64,000 bases of DNA from the IMG/VR virus record IMGVR_UViG_3300023178_000006; one strand, given 5' to 3'. Positions within the stretch are counted from its first letter, which is position 1. Each line of letters begins with the position of its first letter. Both the position numbers and the translations under genes were made by a program. This document shows, in pieces, positions 55,443-64,000 of this stretch. The notes under the pieces were generated by a model. It made no database searches. It saw nothing but the letters and a program-made list of their open reading frames with translations, and was not told where the DNA came from. The DNA comes from a virus. Its lineage: Duplodnaviria; Caudoviricetes.

Positions 55443-57233
55443 CTATCCTTGACAAGCAACGCACTCATCTTGACTCTCCTCTGAACCGTTGTTGAATTTT
55501 ACTGCGTCTGGGTTAATAATATCATCTAACTTTTCTCTTTCAATTTTCTGTGCTACATTCTCTGCTCTGTTAGATGTTTCTGTTCTTAAATAATATAATC
55601 CTTTACATCCTTGTTTCCACGCTTGATAGTGGACTTGATGTAAAGTTTTCTTATCACACCCTGCAGGGAAGAAGATGTTTAGTGATTGACCTTGACATAG
55701 GTACTTTTGTCTTTCACCTGCTAATCTGATAAGTGCTAATTGATTTAATTCAATTGCTGTTAAAAATACTTCTTTCACGTGGTCATGTAAAAAATCAAGA
55801 TGTTGTACACTACCACCGTTTGTAATAATTGAAGACCAAACCTCTTCGTTATTCTTTCCAATCTTTTCAAGCTCGGCTTCGAGGTATGGATTTTTATTTA
55901 GGTGAGAACCTACTCTTGTACGAGAAGTAAATGCATTTGCTTTCCAAGGTTCAATACTTGGAGATGTATTTACAATCATAGAAGAGTTTGCATTTGGAGC
56001 AATAGCTAACATATGTGCATTACGTCTTCCAGTACCTTTCATATCTGGAGCCTCACCTCGACGTTTACCCATTTCTAATGTTGCTGCTAATGCTTCATCT
56101 TTAATGTGTTTAAATATTCTTTCATTCAATCCTGATGCGTACTCGCAATCAAATGGTACTGAATGTTTTTGTAGATACGAATGGAAACCCATCGCACCTA
56201 AACCTAATGACCTTTCTTGTTGAGCGGAATATCTTGCTTTACTAATTTCATCACCAGCATTGTCAATAAAGAATTGAAGAACATTATCTAAAAATACAGT
56301 TAAGTCTTTTACCATAGGTGTACTTACCCATTCATCAAACTTTTCAAGATTAACTGATGATAAACAACAAACTGCTGTGCGTTCTTCGTTGGTCACAAGG
56401 TGAATCTCATTACACAGATTAGACCCCTTAATTTTTAAACCCATTGCTTTCTGTGCGTCAGGTAAAGCACGGTTTGCAGTATCAATAAAGTTTAAGTAAG
56501 GTTCACCTGTTCTATATCTTGTTTCTAAAATATGTTCCCAAAGTTTACGTGCTGGCATAGTATCACGTACTGATTTATCATTAGGGTCTAATAATTCCCA
56601 TTCAGCACCTGCTTCAACTGCTTCCATAAACTTGTCTGTAATATTAACTGCATGGTGTAAGTTTAAATTCTTTCGATTCACATCACCAGTTGGAATACGC
56701 ATATTAATAAACTCAACGATATCTGGGTGGTCAACATCCATGTATGCCGCGTACGAACCCTTACGTGTACGTCCCTGTCTATATGCAACCATGTCAGCAT
56801 CAACTGTATGAAGGAAAGGCATAGGACCTGGTGCTTTCTTTGAAACAGCACGAATGTCGTTCCAATGTCCACCAACACCTCCACCTTTTACAGACAACCA
56901 ACGAAGTTCTGCTGTGTGGTCTATAAGACCATCTAATGTATCTGGTACATAAGTAAGGAAACAACTAATAGGTAATGCTTTAACCTCTTCTCCCTTGATT
57001 GGTGCATTCGAAAGAACAGGACTTGCATACATAAACCAACCTTTAGAAACGTAATCATATATTCTCTGTGCGAGTTTTAGATTACCACCACAAAAAGCGA
57101 CAGCTGCTCGTGCATATGCCATCTGAGGAGATTTCTCGTCCTCCCTACAATAATAGTCTTTTAGTAATTTAAAAGACTGTTCAGAGAGAATCTTATCTCT
57201 TTTACTGTCGATTTCTATGCCCAAATGTTGCAT
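55443..57233 (-). CDS. nrdA: class Ia RNR alpha subunit, no ATP cone
   Basis: SNLCNEI, VCCLSS, IAPNANSS, LYYLRT, C-terminal CVAC. Confidence 0.96.
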   Translation of the reverse strand: MQHLGIEIDSKRDKILSEQSFKLLKDYYCREDEKSPQMAYARAAVAFCGGNLKLAQRIYDYVSKGWFMYASPVLSNAPIKGEEVKALPISCFLTYVPDTLDGLIDHTAELRWLSVKGGGVGGHWNDIRAVSKKAPGPMPFLHTVDADMVAYRQGRTRKGSYAAYMDVDHPDIVEFINMRIPTGDVNRKNLNLHHAVNITDKFMEAVEAGAEWELLDPNDKSVRDTMPARKLWEHILETRYRTGEPYLNFIDTANRALPDAQKAMGLKIKGSNLCNEIHLVTNEERTAVCCLSSVNLEKFDEWVSTPMVKDLTVFLDNVLQFFIDNAGDEISKARYSAQQERSLGLGAMGFHSYLQKHSVPFDCEYASGLNERIFKHIKDEALAATLEMGKRRGEAPDMKGTGRRNAHMLAIAPNANSSMIVNTSPSIEPWKANAFTSRTRVGSHLNKNPYLEAELEKIGKNNEEVWSSIITNGGSVQHLDFLHDHVKEVFLTAIELNQLALIRLAGERQKYLCQGQSLNIFFPAGCDKKTLHQVHYQAWKQGCKGLYYLRTETSNRAENVAQKIEREKLDDIINPDAVKFNNGSEESQDECVACQG

Positions 57234-57245
57234 TTGTTTCTCCTG

Positions 57246-57926
57246 TTAGTGTACGTAATTAGCGGCCATAGGAAAGATTCTTGTAATTACACAAGCGATT
57301 TCCCTTGCCAATTCGATATGTTCTTTTTGAGTTCCATTCCCACTTCGTAATTCGATGAAATGTATCCAAGAACGTAATGTTCCGTTTACATATAATCTCG
57401 AAACTGTGAGACCTTCTGGTAGTACTGCACGTGCTTGTTCTTTTGCAATACCTTGTTCAATTGCCCAATTATATAATTCTTTTGATTGTCGGATAAAAGC
57501 CTTTTGTTTCATTCGAAAATTCTCATTGATTCGTCTGTGTGTTTCATCATTCGAATCTATATCTATACTATTTTGTCTGTTGGTTTTATCCTGTAGTCTT
57601 GCATCCCTCGTTACGAATTCTAAATCTTCTGTAGGGTCTGCATATCTTTGACTAAATTCTTGAAACGAAAAAGACCTATGACGTAATAATTGACGTGCGA
57701 TGTCTCTTGTTGTTTCGACTTCGATACAAGCACTAGTCATCTCGAAAGGTGACCAATGTTTGTGTTTAGCTAAGTAGTTAAGAAGCTTTTCACTTGTTTC
57801 AGTGTTAAGCTGATTTGAGGGATTTGATACTCTAGCACAAAACGCGATTAAGTCTTGTACATTATGTAATCCTTCTTTGAGGACCTCTTCCGAGGGTTGC
57901 GAATAACTAACCAATTTAGCATGCAT
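57246..57926 (-). CDS. thyX: flavin-dependent thymidylate synthase
   Basis: HWSPFE, QLLRHRSFSFQEFSQRY, AKEQARAVLP; TAATG-coupled start. Confidence 0.96.
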   Translation of the reverse strand: MHAKLVSYSQPSEEVLKEGLHNVQDLIAFCARVSNPSNQLNTETSEKLLNYLAKHKHWSPFEMTSACIEVETTRDIARQLLRHRSFSFQEFSQRYADPTEDLEFVTRDARLQDKTNRQNSIDIDSNDETHRRINENFRMKQKAFIRQSKELYNWAIEQGIAKEQARAVLPEGLTVSRLYVNGTLRSWIHFIELRSGNGTQKEHIELAREIACVITRIFPMAANYVH

Positions 57927-58939
57927 TAAAGTTTTCTCCATTCAGTGAATTTCAGTTTAGCTTCTAAGCCTTTATAGATGTTGTCGATAATAAAATCTTC
58001 AACATTTGTAAGACCATTAAGAAACATTTCATTGATGTCCTTACCAGGAACATCGTTGGGCCATATACAAATCTTATAGCCCTGTTCTATAATTTTTTCC
58101 ATGCGTTTATGAATCTCTTTATTTCGAGGTTCCGCATCGAAAACGAATATCGCATTCTCTTTTGCATGTTTGAGCGCAGATGTATTTCCTTCCGCTCCTG
58201 CCATCGCAACAGAATTTCTGAGGAACATGCTGTCTAAAGCACCTTCCGTGACCATGTATGGTCGTTTAAAGTCAACCTTATCTAATCCGAAGATTTTAGG
58301 TCTATCTTCAAACATAATTGTGATGTACCTGATACCATCGGGGTCAAACCCTCTGGCTGATACACCAAATATTTTTTTGTGTTCATCTAAAAAAGGAATC
58401 ACTAATCGAGGTTCGTCTTTATCTATATTCGAGAACTTATCTGGTATAATACCATTAATCCATGCCTTAAATTTCGGCGCATAATAAAGACGATAATGAT
58501 GATTCGAAGGAATCTTCCTCTTATCTATATAGGTTTTTACTGGGTGATTATGAGATAATTGTGATACTTTTTTAATCTTTTTTAGTGTTGAGTTGCTAGC
58601 AAAAGTGGGTTGTTCAAACTTCATTCCCTCTAATACAGGCATCTCCTTCTTTTTGTGTTTATTAATAAATTTTTCAGATGTGTAATCTTTGAACGCAAGA
58701 GGGTCGACTGTCTTGAGAAAGTAGGAAAAGGATTGACTTGCTCCGCAATTATGACAATAGTAGAACAAGTTATTGTCTTTCTCAAGGAGCCAACCCCTTG
58801 CTTTTGTTTTTGATTTTTGTGAGTCACCACAAAGTGGACATCTGAAATTAATCTTATATGGATTAGTGGACCTAATACGAAACCTGTCTAGGCGGCCACC
58901 TAATGTCTGTGCATATTGTATATCAACAAAATCAATCAT
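57926..58939 (-). CDS. gp61: DNA primase gp61
   Basis: NFRCPLCGDS..YCHNCG Zn finger, VTEGALDSMF, DAEPRN, KDINEM. Confidence 0.95.
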   Translation of the reverse strand: MIDFVDIQYAQTLGGRLDRFRIRSTNPYKINFRCPLCGDSQKSKTKARGWLLEKDNNLFYYCHNCGASQSFSYFLKTVDPLAFKDYTSEKFINKHKKKEMPVLEGMKFEQPTFASNSTLKKIKKVSQLSHNHPVKTYIDKRKIPSNHHYRLYYAPKFKAWINGIIPDKFSNIDKDEPRLVIPFLDEHKKIFGVSARGFDPDGIRYITIMFEDRPKIFGLDKVDFKRPYMVTEGALDSMFLRNSVAMAGAEGNTSALKHAKENAIFVFDAEPRNKEIHKRMEKIIEQGYKICIWPNDVPGKDINEMFLNGLTNVEDFIIDNIYKGLEAKLKFTEWRKL

Positions 58940-58972
58940 ATTATAAATCTATCTGTGGAATGAGTTGGGTAT

Positions 58973-59001
58973 ATTATACCACAAGGATACTGAAATGTCA
59001 A
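58973..59001 (-). promoter_or_regulatory. sigma70-type early promoter
   Basis: CGGTTGACA-17-TATAAT. Confidence 0.85.
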
Positions 59002-59004
59002 CCG

Positions 59005-59631
59005 TTATTTTACGGTTTTGACTCTACCCGTTTTAGGGTCTACTAGATATGCGAAATATTCGACTTCAGGAAATTCTTTCTTAAGGCTTAGAAGAGCTTT
59101 TAAGTTATCTAAATGGTCATCAAACAGACGTATTCTTCCATACTCTCCTGTCTTTAGATACTTTCGAAACACCACTTTCTTATTTTCAGCAGCGTTTCTT
59201 CCACCAAGATTACCAGCACGCTCAACATATACACCTTCTCTACGATTTCCTAAAGGTATTCCGTGAGCTTCAAACGTTTTCATAAAGAGATTCTTATCGT
59301 CCATGTCAGCACGTGCTGTAACAATAATAACTCTACTACCAGTTTTCGTGGCATTCTTTATGATAGCTTTTGCTTTTTGGATTATTTTTCCGATAGGTGT
59401 TGCGGTTTGATAGAATATTTTTGACGATTTAAATTCACCGTAGTCCCATTCCTCACCAGACTTTAATTTATAATCGTTATATTCTTTAGGAGTAAGAGAT
59501 TTAACCTGTTTGGTTTTCTTATTAAGAACACGTACACGAGCTTTAGATACAAACATCGTATCATCGACGTCAAAGATTGTCAATCCTTTCGAACCTCTTT
59601 TCTCTATCAAATATTCTTCGAATCTTTTCAT
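59005..59631 (-). CDS. HAD-superfamily phosphatase with a capsid-targeting-like N-terminus
   Basis: IFDVDDT, IVTAR, LFDD; N-terminus MKRFEEYLIE. Confidence 0.7.
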   Translation of the reverse strand: MKRFEEYLIEKRGSKGLTIFDVDDTMFVSKARVRVLNKKTKQVKSLTPKEYNDYKLKSGEEWDYGEFKSSKIFYQTATPIGKIIQKAKAIIKNATKTGSRVIIVTARADMDDKNLFMKTFEAHGIPLGNRREGVYVERAGNLGGRNAAENKKVVFRKYLKTGEYGRIRLFDDHLDNLKALLSLKKEFPEVEYFAYLVDPKTGRVKTVK

Positions 59632-59641
59632 ATCATGTACT

Positions 59642-59670
59642 ATTATATACTAGTTTTATTGAATTGTCAA
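59642..59670 (-). promoter_or_regulatory. sigma70-type early promoter
   Basis: CAGTTGACA-17-TATAAT; -35 overlaps the upstream TGA. Confidence 0.88.
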
Positions 59671-60206
59671 CTGTTTAGATGAAACATTGATACGTCTAAG
59701 AATTGCACTATGAAAGTGATAACTGCTATAGCACCTATCAACCACCATTTTAAGTTCTCAATATTTCTTATTCTTTCTTCTTGTCCGTCAACTTTTTCGT
59801 TTAAATCTTTTGCAATATTTTCGATGAGTCGTATTGTTTCTCTATGTCTATCTTCATGCCATTCACGACTACGTTCATTTACTTCTGCGTGTTTATTTCT
59901 TGCGTCTTCCATTGCTCTTACCATATCTGTTTTAAAATTCTGTTTATGGTCATCTAGTTCTTCTTTCAGCGCAAATCGAGCTTCAACGTTAATACGAGCT
60001 TGAGTATCTATCTTTTCTTCTAGGTAATCGAGTTTCTGGTCAAATCTTTCTATGATTTGTTGTTGCACAGCCATGCCTTTCGACAAGTCTGAAATCTCGT
60101 CTATAACTCCATCAACTTTATCAAAAAATCTTTCGATTTGTTTGAGGTCATTTTTTATGAGGGCTATATCTGTTTTGATGTGGTTTACAGTATCGTCTGA
60201 CACCAT
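59667..60206 (-). CDS. coiled-coil protein with C-terminal TM (holin/XhlA-like candidate)
   Basis: Long heptad region, WWLIGAIAVITFIVQFL; next to spanins; GGAGG SD. Confidence 0.5.
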   Translation of the reverse strand: MVSDDTVNHIKTDIALIKNDLKQIERFFDKVDGVIDEISDLSKGMAVQQQIIERFDQKLDYLEEKIDTQARINVEARFALKEELDDHKQNFKTDMVRAMEDARNKHAEVNERSREWHEDRHRETIRLIENIAKDLNEKVDGQEERIRNIENLKWWLIGAIAVITFIVQFLDVSMFHLNS

Positions 60207-60303
60207 GCCTCCAAGTTTTATAAGTTAATTAAACAACTAGCGCATGATTTACAATAGTATTTATCCACAGGATTTCCTACTGTCAACATTGGAGAGAAAT
60301 TAA

Positions 60304-60840
60304 TTAATCTTTTTTCTGAAACTCAGCGCCGACTGCTTGTTCATCATTTATGGTTACATTGCGGTAGTACACGACCACCTCTCCGAGTTCACGTATGTAC
60401 CTACGAAGCTCTTGCATGTTTCCACTCATTAGTTCATAATCCTTTATAGTCGTTGCAACGAAGAGGGTGTCTCCTCCATTTGCCGCTTTGATGTCATCTA
60501 TGAATTTATCAAAATAAGTGTAACCGACTGGCCAATCTGGGTTTTCTCTATCTTCTAAAGAACATTCTTTGGGACGTTTTAATGTCTCTACACCTTCATC
60601 ATTAAATCGAGGTGGGTCGAAAGGAATCGACCTCTTACATGGATTAACAATTACCGCCTCAGAAACTACGTACCATTTAGGCTCTTCGAGTTCTATAGGT
60701 CTTGGTAATGTTGGTTGAATGATTTGAATTTGAACTGGTTTACTAACTATCTCGACTTCTTTAGTAAAGAAACCGCCTAATGTAGAACAACCACTAATTA
60801 GAAGGAGTGCCAGAGAGCTCGCTAATAGCTTTACTGTCAT
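60304..60840 (-). CDS. outer-membrane spanin (Rz1-like lipoprotein)
   Basis: Lipobox LISGC, Pro-rich, start overlaps the i-spanin 3' end. Confidence 0.7.
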   Translation of the reverse strand: MTVKLLASSLALLLISGCSTLGGFFTKEVEIVSKPVQIQIIQPTLPRPIELEEPKWYVVSEAVIVNPCKRSIPFDPPRFNDEGVETLKRPKECSLEDRENPDWPVGYTYFDKFIDDIKAANGGDTLFVATTIKDYELMSGNMQELRRYIRELGEVVVYYRNVTINDEQAVGAEFQKKD

Positions 60841-61177
60841 TTTCAATCTCCTCAAATACTGCTTTGGTTTCGTTATTCACTCGAGTCTCAATCAAGCCCG
60901 GCTTCATCAGCGCGAGCTTGTCGAGATTATGTCTTCTGAAAATATCGAGATAACGGTCTTTTTCTGCCTCTATTTCGGCAGTCCTACGAGATAGGTCATT
61001 AAGAGCTTGACCTTGTTTCTCATAAGATTCTTTCATTGCGTTGAATGCAGCAGCTTGCTCTTCAATCGCACTTTCAAGTTTGACATTATTTTCTTTTAAT
61101 GTCTGGTTCTCATTAAAAAGCCAATAACTCGTACCACCAAGTACGAGTATCAATGTTAAAAATATCTGGTTAAACAC
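60794..61177 (-). CDS. inner-membrane spanin (Rz-like)
   Basis: N-terminal TM then coiled coil. Confidence 0.7.
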   Translation of the reverse strand: MFNQIFLTLILVLGGTSYWLFNENQTLKENNVKLESAIEEQAAAFNAMKESYEKQGQALNDLSRRTAEIEAEKDRYLDIFRRHNLDKLALMKPGLIETRVNNETKAVFEEIENDSKAISELSGTPSN

Positions 61178-61180
61178 AGA

Positions 61181-61708
61181 TTATTCTTCGTCCTTGACTT
61201 CGTATCCTGCAGCCTTTGCTAACTTAGGATGTATATCAGCTGCTTCTTCTTCATCATTATGATAATGATTTACAGCAAACTTCCATAAGTCTTTTGCATC
61301 ACCAGATACATCGGCAGTGTCGTCACCGGTCTTCTTAATTTTAATTCTATATTTCTTTTCGGCGTCAGCTTTATGTTTGTCATCACCAATATAGTCGATA
61401 TCGATTACTTCTTCACTTAACACGTGAGACCAATCAATCGTTATTGTGTGCTCGCTAACTTTTTTTTTAGCTTTAGACTCTTCTTCGTCAGACTCGTCTT
61501 CGTCCTCATCTTCCTCTTCGTCAGATTCGTCCTCGTCCTCGTCTTCCTCATCTTCGTCTTCGTCTTCTTTGACTTTGCCTTCAGTCATTTCTTTGTACTT
61601 TTCTTCTAAAGAAGCGCGAATTCTAGAATTCATTTCCTCTTCAAAAGCCTCTTTCATTTTAAGAGGATTGTTATCAATTGCTTCCGCAATTATTTTTTCA
61701 ATAGACAT
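61181..61708 (-). CDS. putative internal head protein (gp67-like N-terminus), paralogue B
   Basis: AIDNNPLKMKEAFEEEM; D/E tract. Confidence 0.55.
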   Translation of the reverse strand: MSIEKIIAEAIDNNPLKMKEAFEEEMNSRIRASLEEKYKEMTEGKVKEDEDEDEEDEDEDESDEEEDEDEDESDEEESKAKKKVSEHTITIDWSHVLSEEVIDIDYIGDDKHKADAEKKYRIKIKKTGDDTADVSGDAKDLWKFAVNHYHNDEEEAADIHPKLAKAAGYEVKDEE

Positions 61709-61722
61709 TACTATTCTCCTAT

Positions 61723-62586
61723 TTAAATTAACTTAGCTCTGTATGTAAAACCCGAACCACCTGGTTGAATTATATCTTCTAATAAAGCGTTATAGTATAA
61801 CACATCGTAACCAATGTTTTTATCATCGTCATCATCTGGACTCCAGTTGGTAACGTTTCCACCAGTCTTTATATGTGCACTTATACGTTTCGAAGTATAA
61901 TCTGATAATTTAGTTCGGTAATCACATCTTTGTTGAATTTCTCTTAATCCGTCTTCATTTTCGAATGAACTAGGATATACAACTGTATCACCACCCTTAT
62001 ATTCTGGGTCTTCATCACCAGGGTCAAATCCTAGCATTTCATCTAAAGGTACTTCACCTTCTTCATTCATAGCTTCCACTATCTTCTTAAGGTTTACTGC
62101 ACCTGCAACTTGGATTGCAACTTGTTTCATGTCCTCTGGGTCTGGACCATCGTAATCATCAGAATCATCAGAACCAGAGTCATCAGCTGGTGATGCTTTG
62201 TCAGAATCAGGTGTTTCACCTTCATCATCATCTTTAGAATCAACATCAGAGAAAACCCTTGGGTGTTTCTTTTTTGCTTCTTCTTCATCACCATAATGTT
62301 TTGCTAAAAAGTCAGCAACCTTTTTATGGTCACCAGTTACAGCGGACTTTCCATCTTTGTTCGGGGCGCCAATCTTGATTCCATATTTTTCTGAATCAGA
62401 TTCACGCTGCTTGTCACTACCTTTATATTCGATTTCCACTTTATCAGTGTCGACTGCTTCATTAATCCCGTTGTATGCTTCTTCTAAAGCAACACGAAGA
62501 CGTGAAGTCATTTCGTCTTCAAAGGCTTCTTTCATCTTCAACGGATTGTTGTCAATCGCGTGTTGAATAATTTTATGTAATGACAT
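61723..62586 (-). CDS. putative internal head protein (gp67-like N-terminus), paralogue A
   Basis: AIDNNPLKMKEAFEDEM; shares a central domain with 61181. Confidence 0.55.
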   Translation of the reverse strand: MSLHKIIQHAIDNNPLKMKEAFEDEMTSRLRVALEEAYNGINEAVDTDKVEIEYKGSDKQRESDSEKYGIKIGAPNKDGKSAVTGDHKKVADFLAKHYGDEEEAKKKHPRVFSDVDSKDDDEGETPDSDKASPADDSGSDDSDDYDGPDPEDMKQVAIQVAGAVNLKKIVEAMNEEGEVPLDEMLGFDPGDEDPEYKGGDTVVYPSSFENEDGLREIQQRCDYRTKLSDYTSKRISAHIKTGGNVTNWSPDDDDDKNIGYDVLYYNALLEDIIQPGGSGFTYRAKLI

Positions 62587-62620
62587 TTTTATTCCTATAA
62601 ATGCTTGTTTTGTTTATTTA

Positions 62621-63076
62621 TTAAACTTCTTCCATCCGTGACATGAGGCGCTCTGCTCTGTTTGTCACTTGACGATACCATTTGGAATCTCTACCTTCAA
62701 CTGCGGCAGTTTTCCAATCACCTTCTAATAATGCAGCATTAAATTTTTTGAATCCACTCAAACGAGTACGACCCATGTTAAACATCATGTTAACCAAGAT
62801 TTGCTGGACTTCGCCGGGAAAGTCTCCAAAGTTCCCTTCTCCGTATAGAGCGTGACATTCTCCGAGGGCAATGTCAAAATCTCTGTCGAAACACGTCCTA
62901 ACTCTTTCCTCACTAACTTCTGTACCAACTGGTTTTCCAAATTCCTCGTCACTGTCGAGGATAAGATGACCGACTCCAAAAGTGGGATACCCGAGGTGGT
63001 CGTTATAGATGGCATAGACAACTCCTTCGTCGATTTTTAGTTGTTCGAATACTGCTTCTTTATCTTCAATTTTCAT
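62621..63076 (-). CDS. T4-type lysozyme (endolysin)
   Basis: LKIDEG..YNDHLGYPTFGVGHL, NMMFNMG, DSKWYRQV..RA; start moved to ATG 63076. Confidence 0.9.
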   Translation of the reverse strand: MKIEDKEAVFEQLKIDEGVVYAIYNDHLGYPTFGVGHLILDSDEEFGKPVGTEVSEERVRTCFDRDFDIALGECHALYGEGNFGDFPGEVQQILVNMMFNMGRTRLSGFKKFNAALLEGDWKTAAVEGRDSKWYRQVTNRAERLMSRMEEV

Positions 63077-63758
63077 TTTCTGACATCCTTGACATAAAGT
63101 CAATAAAATTTTTCTTTTTATATTTACCTTGAGCTTTCTTAGACACGCCAGGTTCACCTGACGCACCTACACCCAAACCTGCAATAGCACCGCCACCGAC
63201 TCCGGTGACTTCTTCAACATCGTCCATATATCCTTTTTCATTAAGCCATTTCTCAACTGCTTGTCTTATATCATAAGAAGATGAGTTTGCTGTTTTTAAA
63301 TCGAGTAATAATTTACGAAGTTCTCCTTTATCATCTTTAGAAACTTTTTTCTTAGCTTCATCTAATTTGATTTCTTGTTCTTCGATAATGTCTGCATATT
63401 CCTCGACGAATCGATTCATAGCATTCTCAATATACTCTTCATCTATTTCAGCACTTTCAAAAAGAGTACCAGTTTTATTTTGGTATTCTTCAGATTCTTT
63501 AATTAACCAAAGTGCTGCAGCATAACTCGCTAACCTTGTTTGGCCGCCTGGTAATTTAGCTAGTAGTTTTTTAAGATTTAAAATAAGTTGGTCAAATATA
63601 CCAAATGCTTTCCTTTGAGATGCTTTCGTAAAGTCACGTCGACGCACAAGTATATTACCTTTTGCATCGATAATTCCTTCTTTAAAAGCAGCCCATTTAT
63701 TAAAAGGCGTAACTAGCCTCTTAATAAAACTAAAAACTAAAAATAAATCAACTACCAT
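63066..63758 (-). CDS. conserved T4-like hypothetical protein
   Basis: FIKRLVTPF..W.AF..GIID..G..L, NLKKLL..PGG...LASYAAALWLIKE. Confidence 0.7.
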   Translation of the reverse strand: MVVDLFLVFSFIKRLVTPFNKWAAFKEGIIDAKGNILVRRRDFTKASQRKAFGIFDQLILNLKKLLAKLPGGQTRLASYAAALWLIKESEEYQNKTGTLFESAEIDEEYIENAMNRFVEEYADIIEEQEIKLDEAKKKVSKDDKGELRKLLLDLKTANSSSYDIRQAVEKWLNEKGYMDDVEEVTGVGGGAIAGLGVGASGEPGVSKKAQGKYKKKNFIDFMSRMSENEN

Positions 63759-64000
63759 TTAAATTCCTTTTAACCTCTCCATAATAAGCTCATCACTTAT
63801 TATACTGTCAGCGTTGATACTAATATCATCGTATCCTATGACTGGTGGCATAAAGTTTAAGTATTCAACAAAAGGTTTTAAATACTCGTGATACTCATGC
63901 AACCTCATAAACAACATATTAGTAGCAATTGGTCCAAACACATTGAATATTACAATGAGATGGTTTAAAATCAACCTTTCTTTCAGTTCACCTTCTGCTC
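63759..64000 (-). CDS. conserved T4-like hypothetical protein (5' end outside window)
   Basis: Frame open to the window edge; LKERLILNHLIVIFNVFG. Confidence 0.7.
   Translation of the reverse strand, partial: AEGELKERLILNHLIVIFNVFGPIATNMLFMRLHEYHEYLKPFVEYLNFMPPVIGYDDISINADSIISDELIMERLKGI

Noticed and set aside
61446-61609. Poly-Ser and Phe/Val-rich + strand ORFs and the GAY/GAR repeat
   Set aside because: These are antisense shadows of the D/E low-complexity tract in the - strand gene.
1-64000. Stop-codon reassignment
   Set aside because: Core genes are full length under the standard code and gene packing is dense without recoding.
1-64000. Numerous short overlapping or opposite-strand ORFs in the track (e.g. 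823-1020, 14885-15283, 22129-22530, 27466-27855, 30658-31057, 47254-47646)
   Set aside because: They are fully nested in well-supported genes, lack SDs and show no recognisable motifs.

Overview
A 64-kb, AT-rich segment of a large T4-like (Tevenvirinae/Kyanoviridae-type) myovirus that infects a Gram-negative host (spanins, CsgG lipoprotein). The host is probably an aquatic proteobacterium (inference). The + strand 1-15.1 kb carries the core neck/packaging/tail/head module (gp13-gp23) under TATAAATA late promoters. It is followed on the - strand by a tRNA-Glu and a ~770-nt ORF-free, highly structured RNA with its own sigma70 promoter and terminator (GOLLD/ROOL-class candidate). A + strand island at 20.5-29.0 kb, preceded by a perfect late promoter, encodes two paralogous membrane proteins, CsgF, CsgG, two secreted curlin-like beta-solenoid proteins, a FecR-domain protein, an ACP and a CHASE2 class III nucleotide cyclase. 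This looks like a phage-borne curli-secretion plus trans-envelope cAMP signalling module and is the best candidate for an undescribed system. The rest is - strand: early/accessory genes behind 15 near-consensus CAGTTGACA-N17-TATAAT promoters, some of them near-identical repeats, then auxiliary metabolic genes (guaC, phoH, rpsU, iscU, ybaN, hemA, small alarmone hydrolase, glycan-modifying enzymes), replication/nucleotide genes (rnh, nrdA, Grx-nrdB, thyX, primase) and lysis/head-internal genes. All functional calls come from motif recognition by eye; no searches were run.
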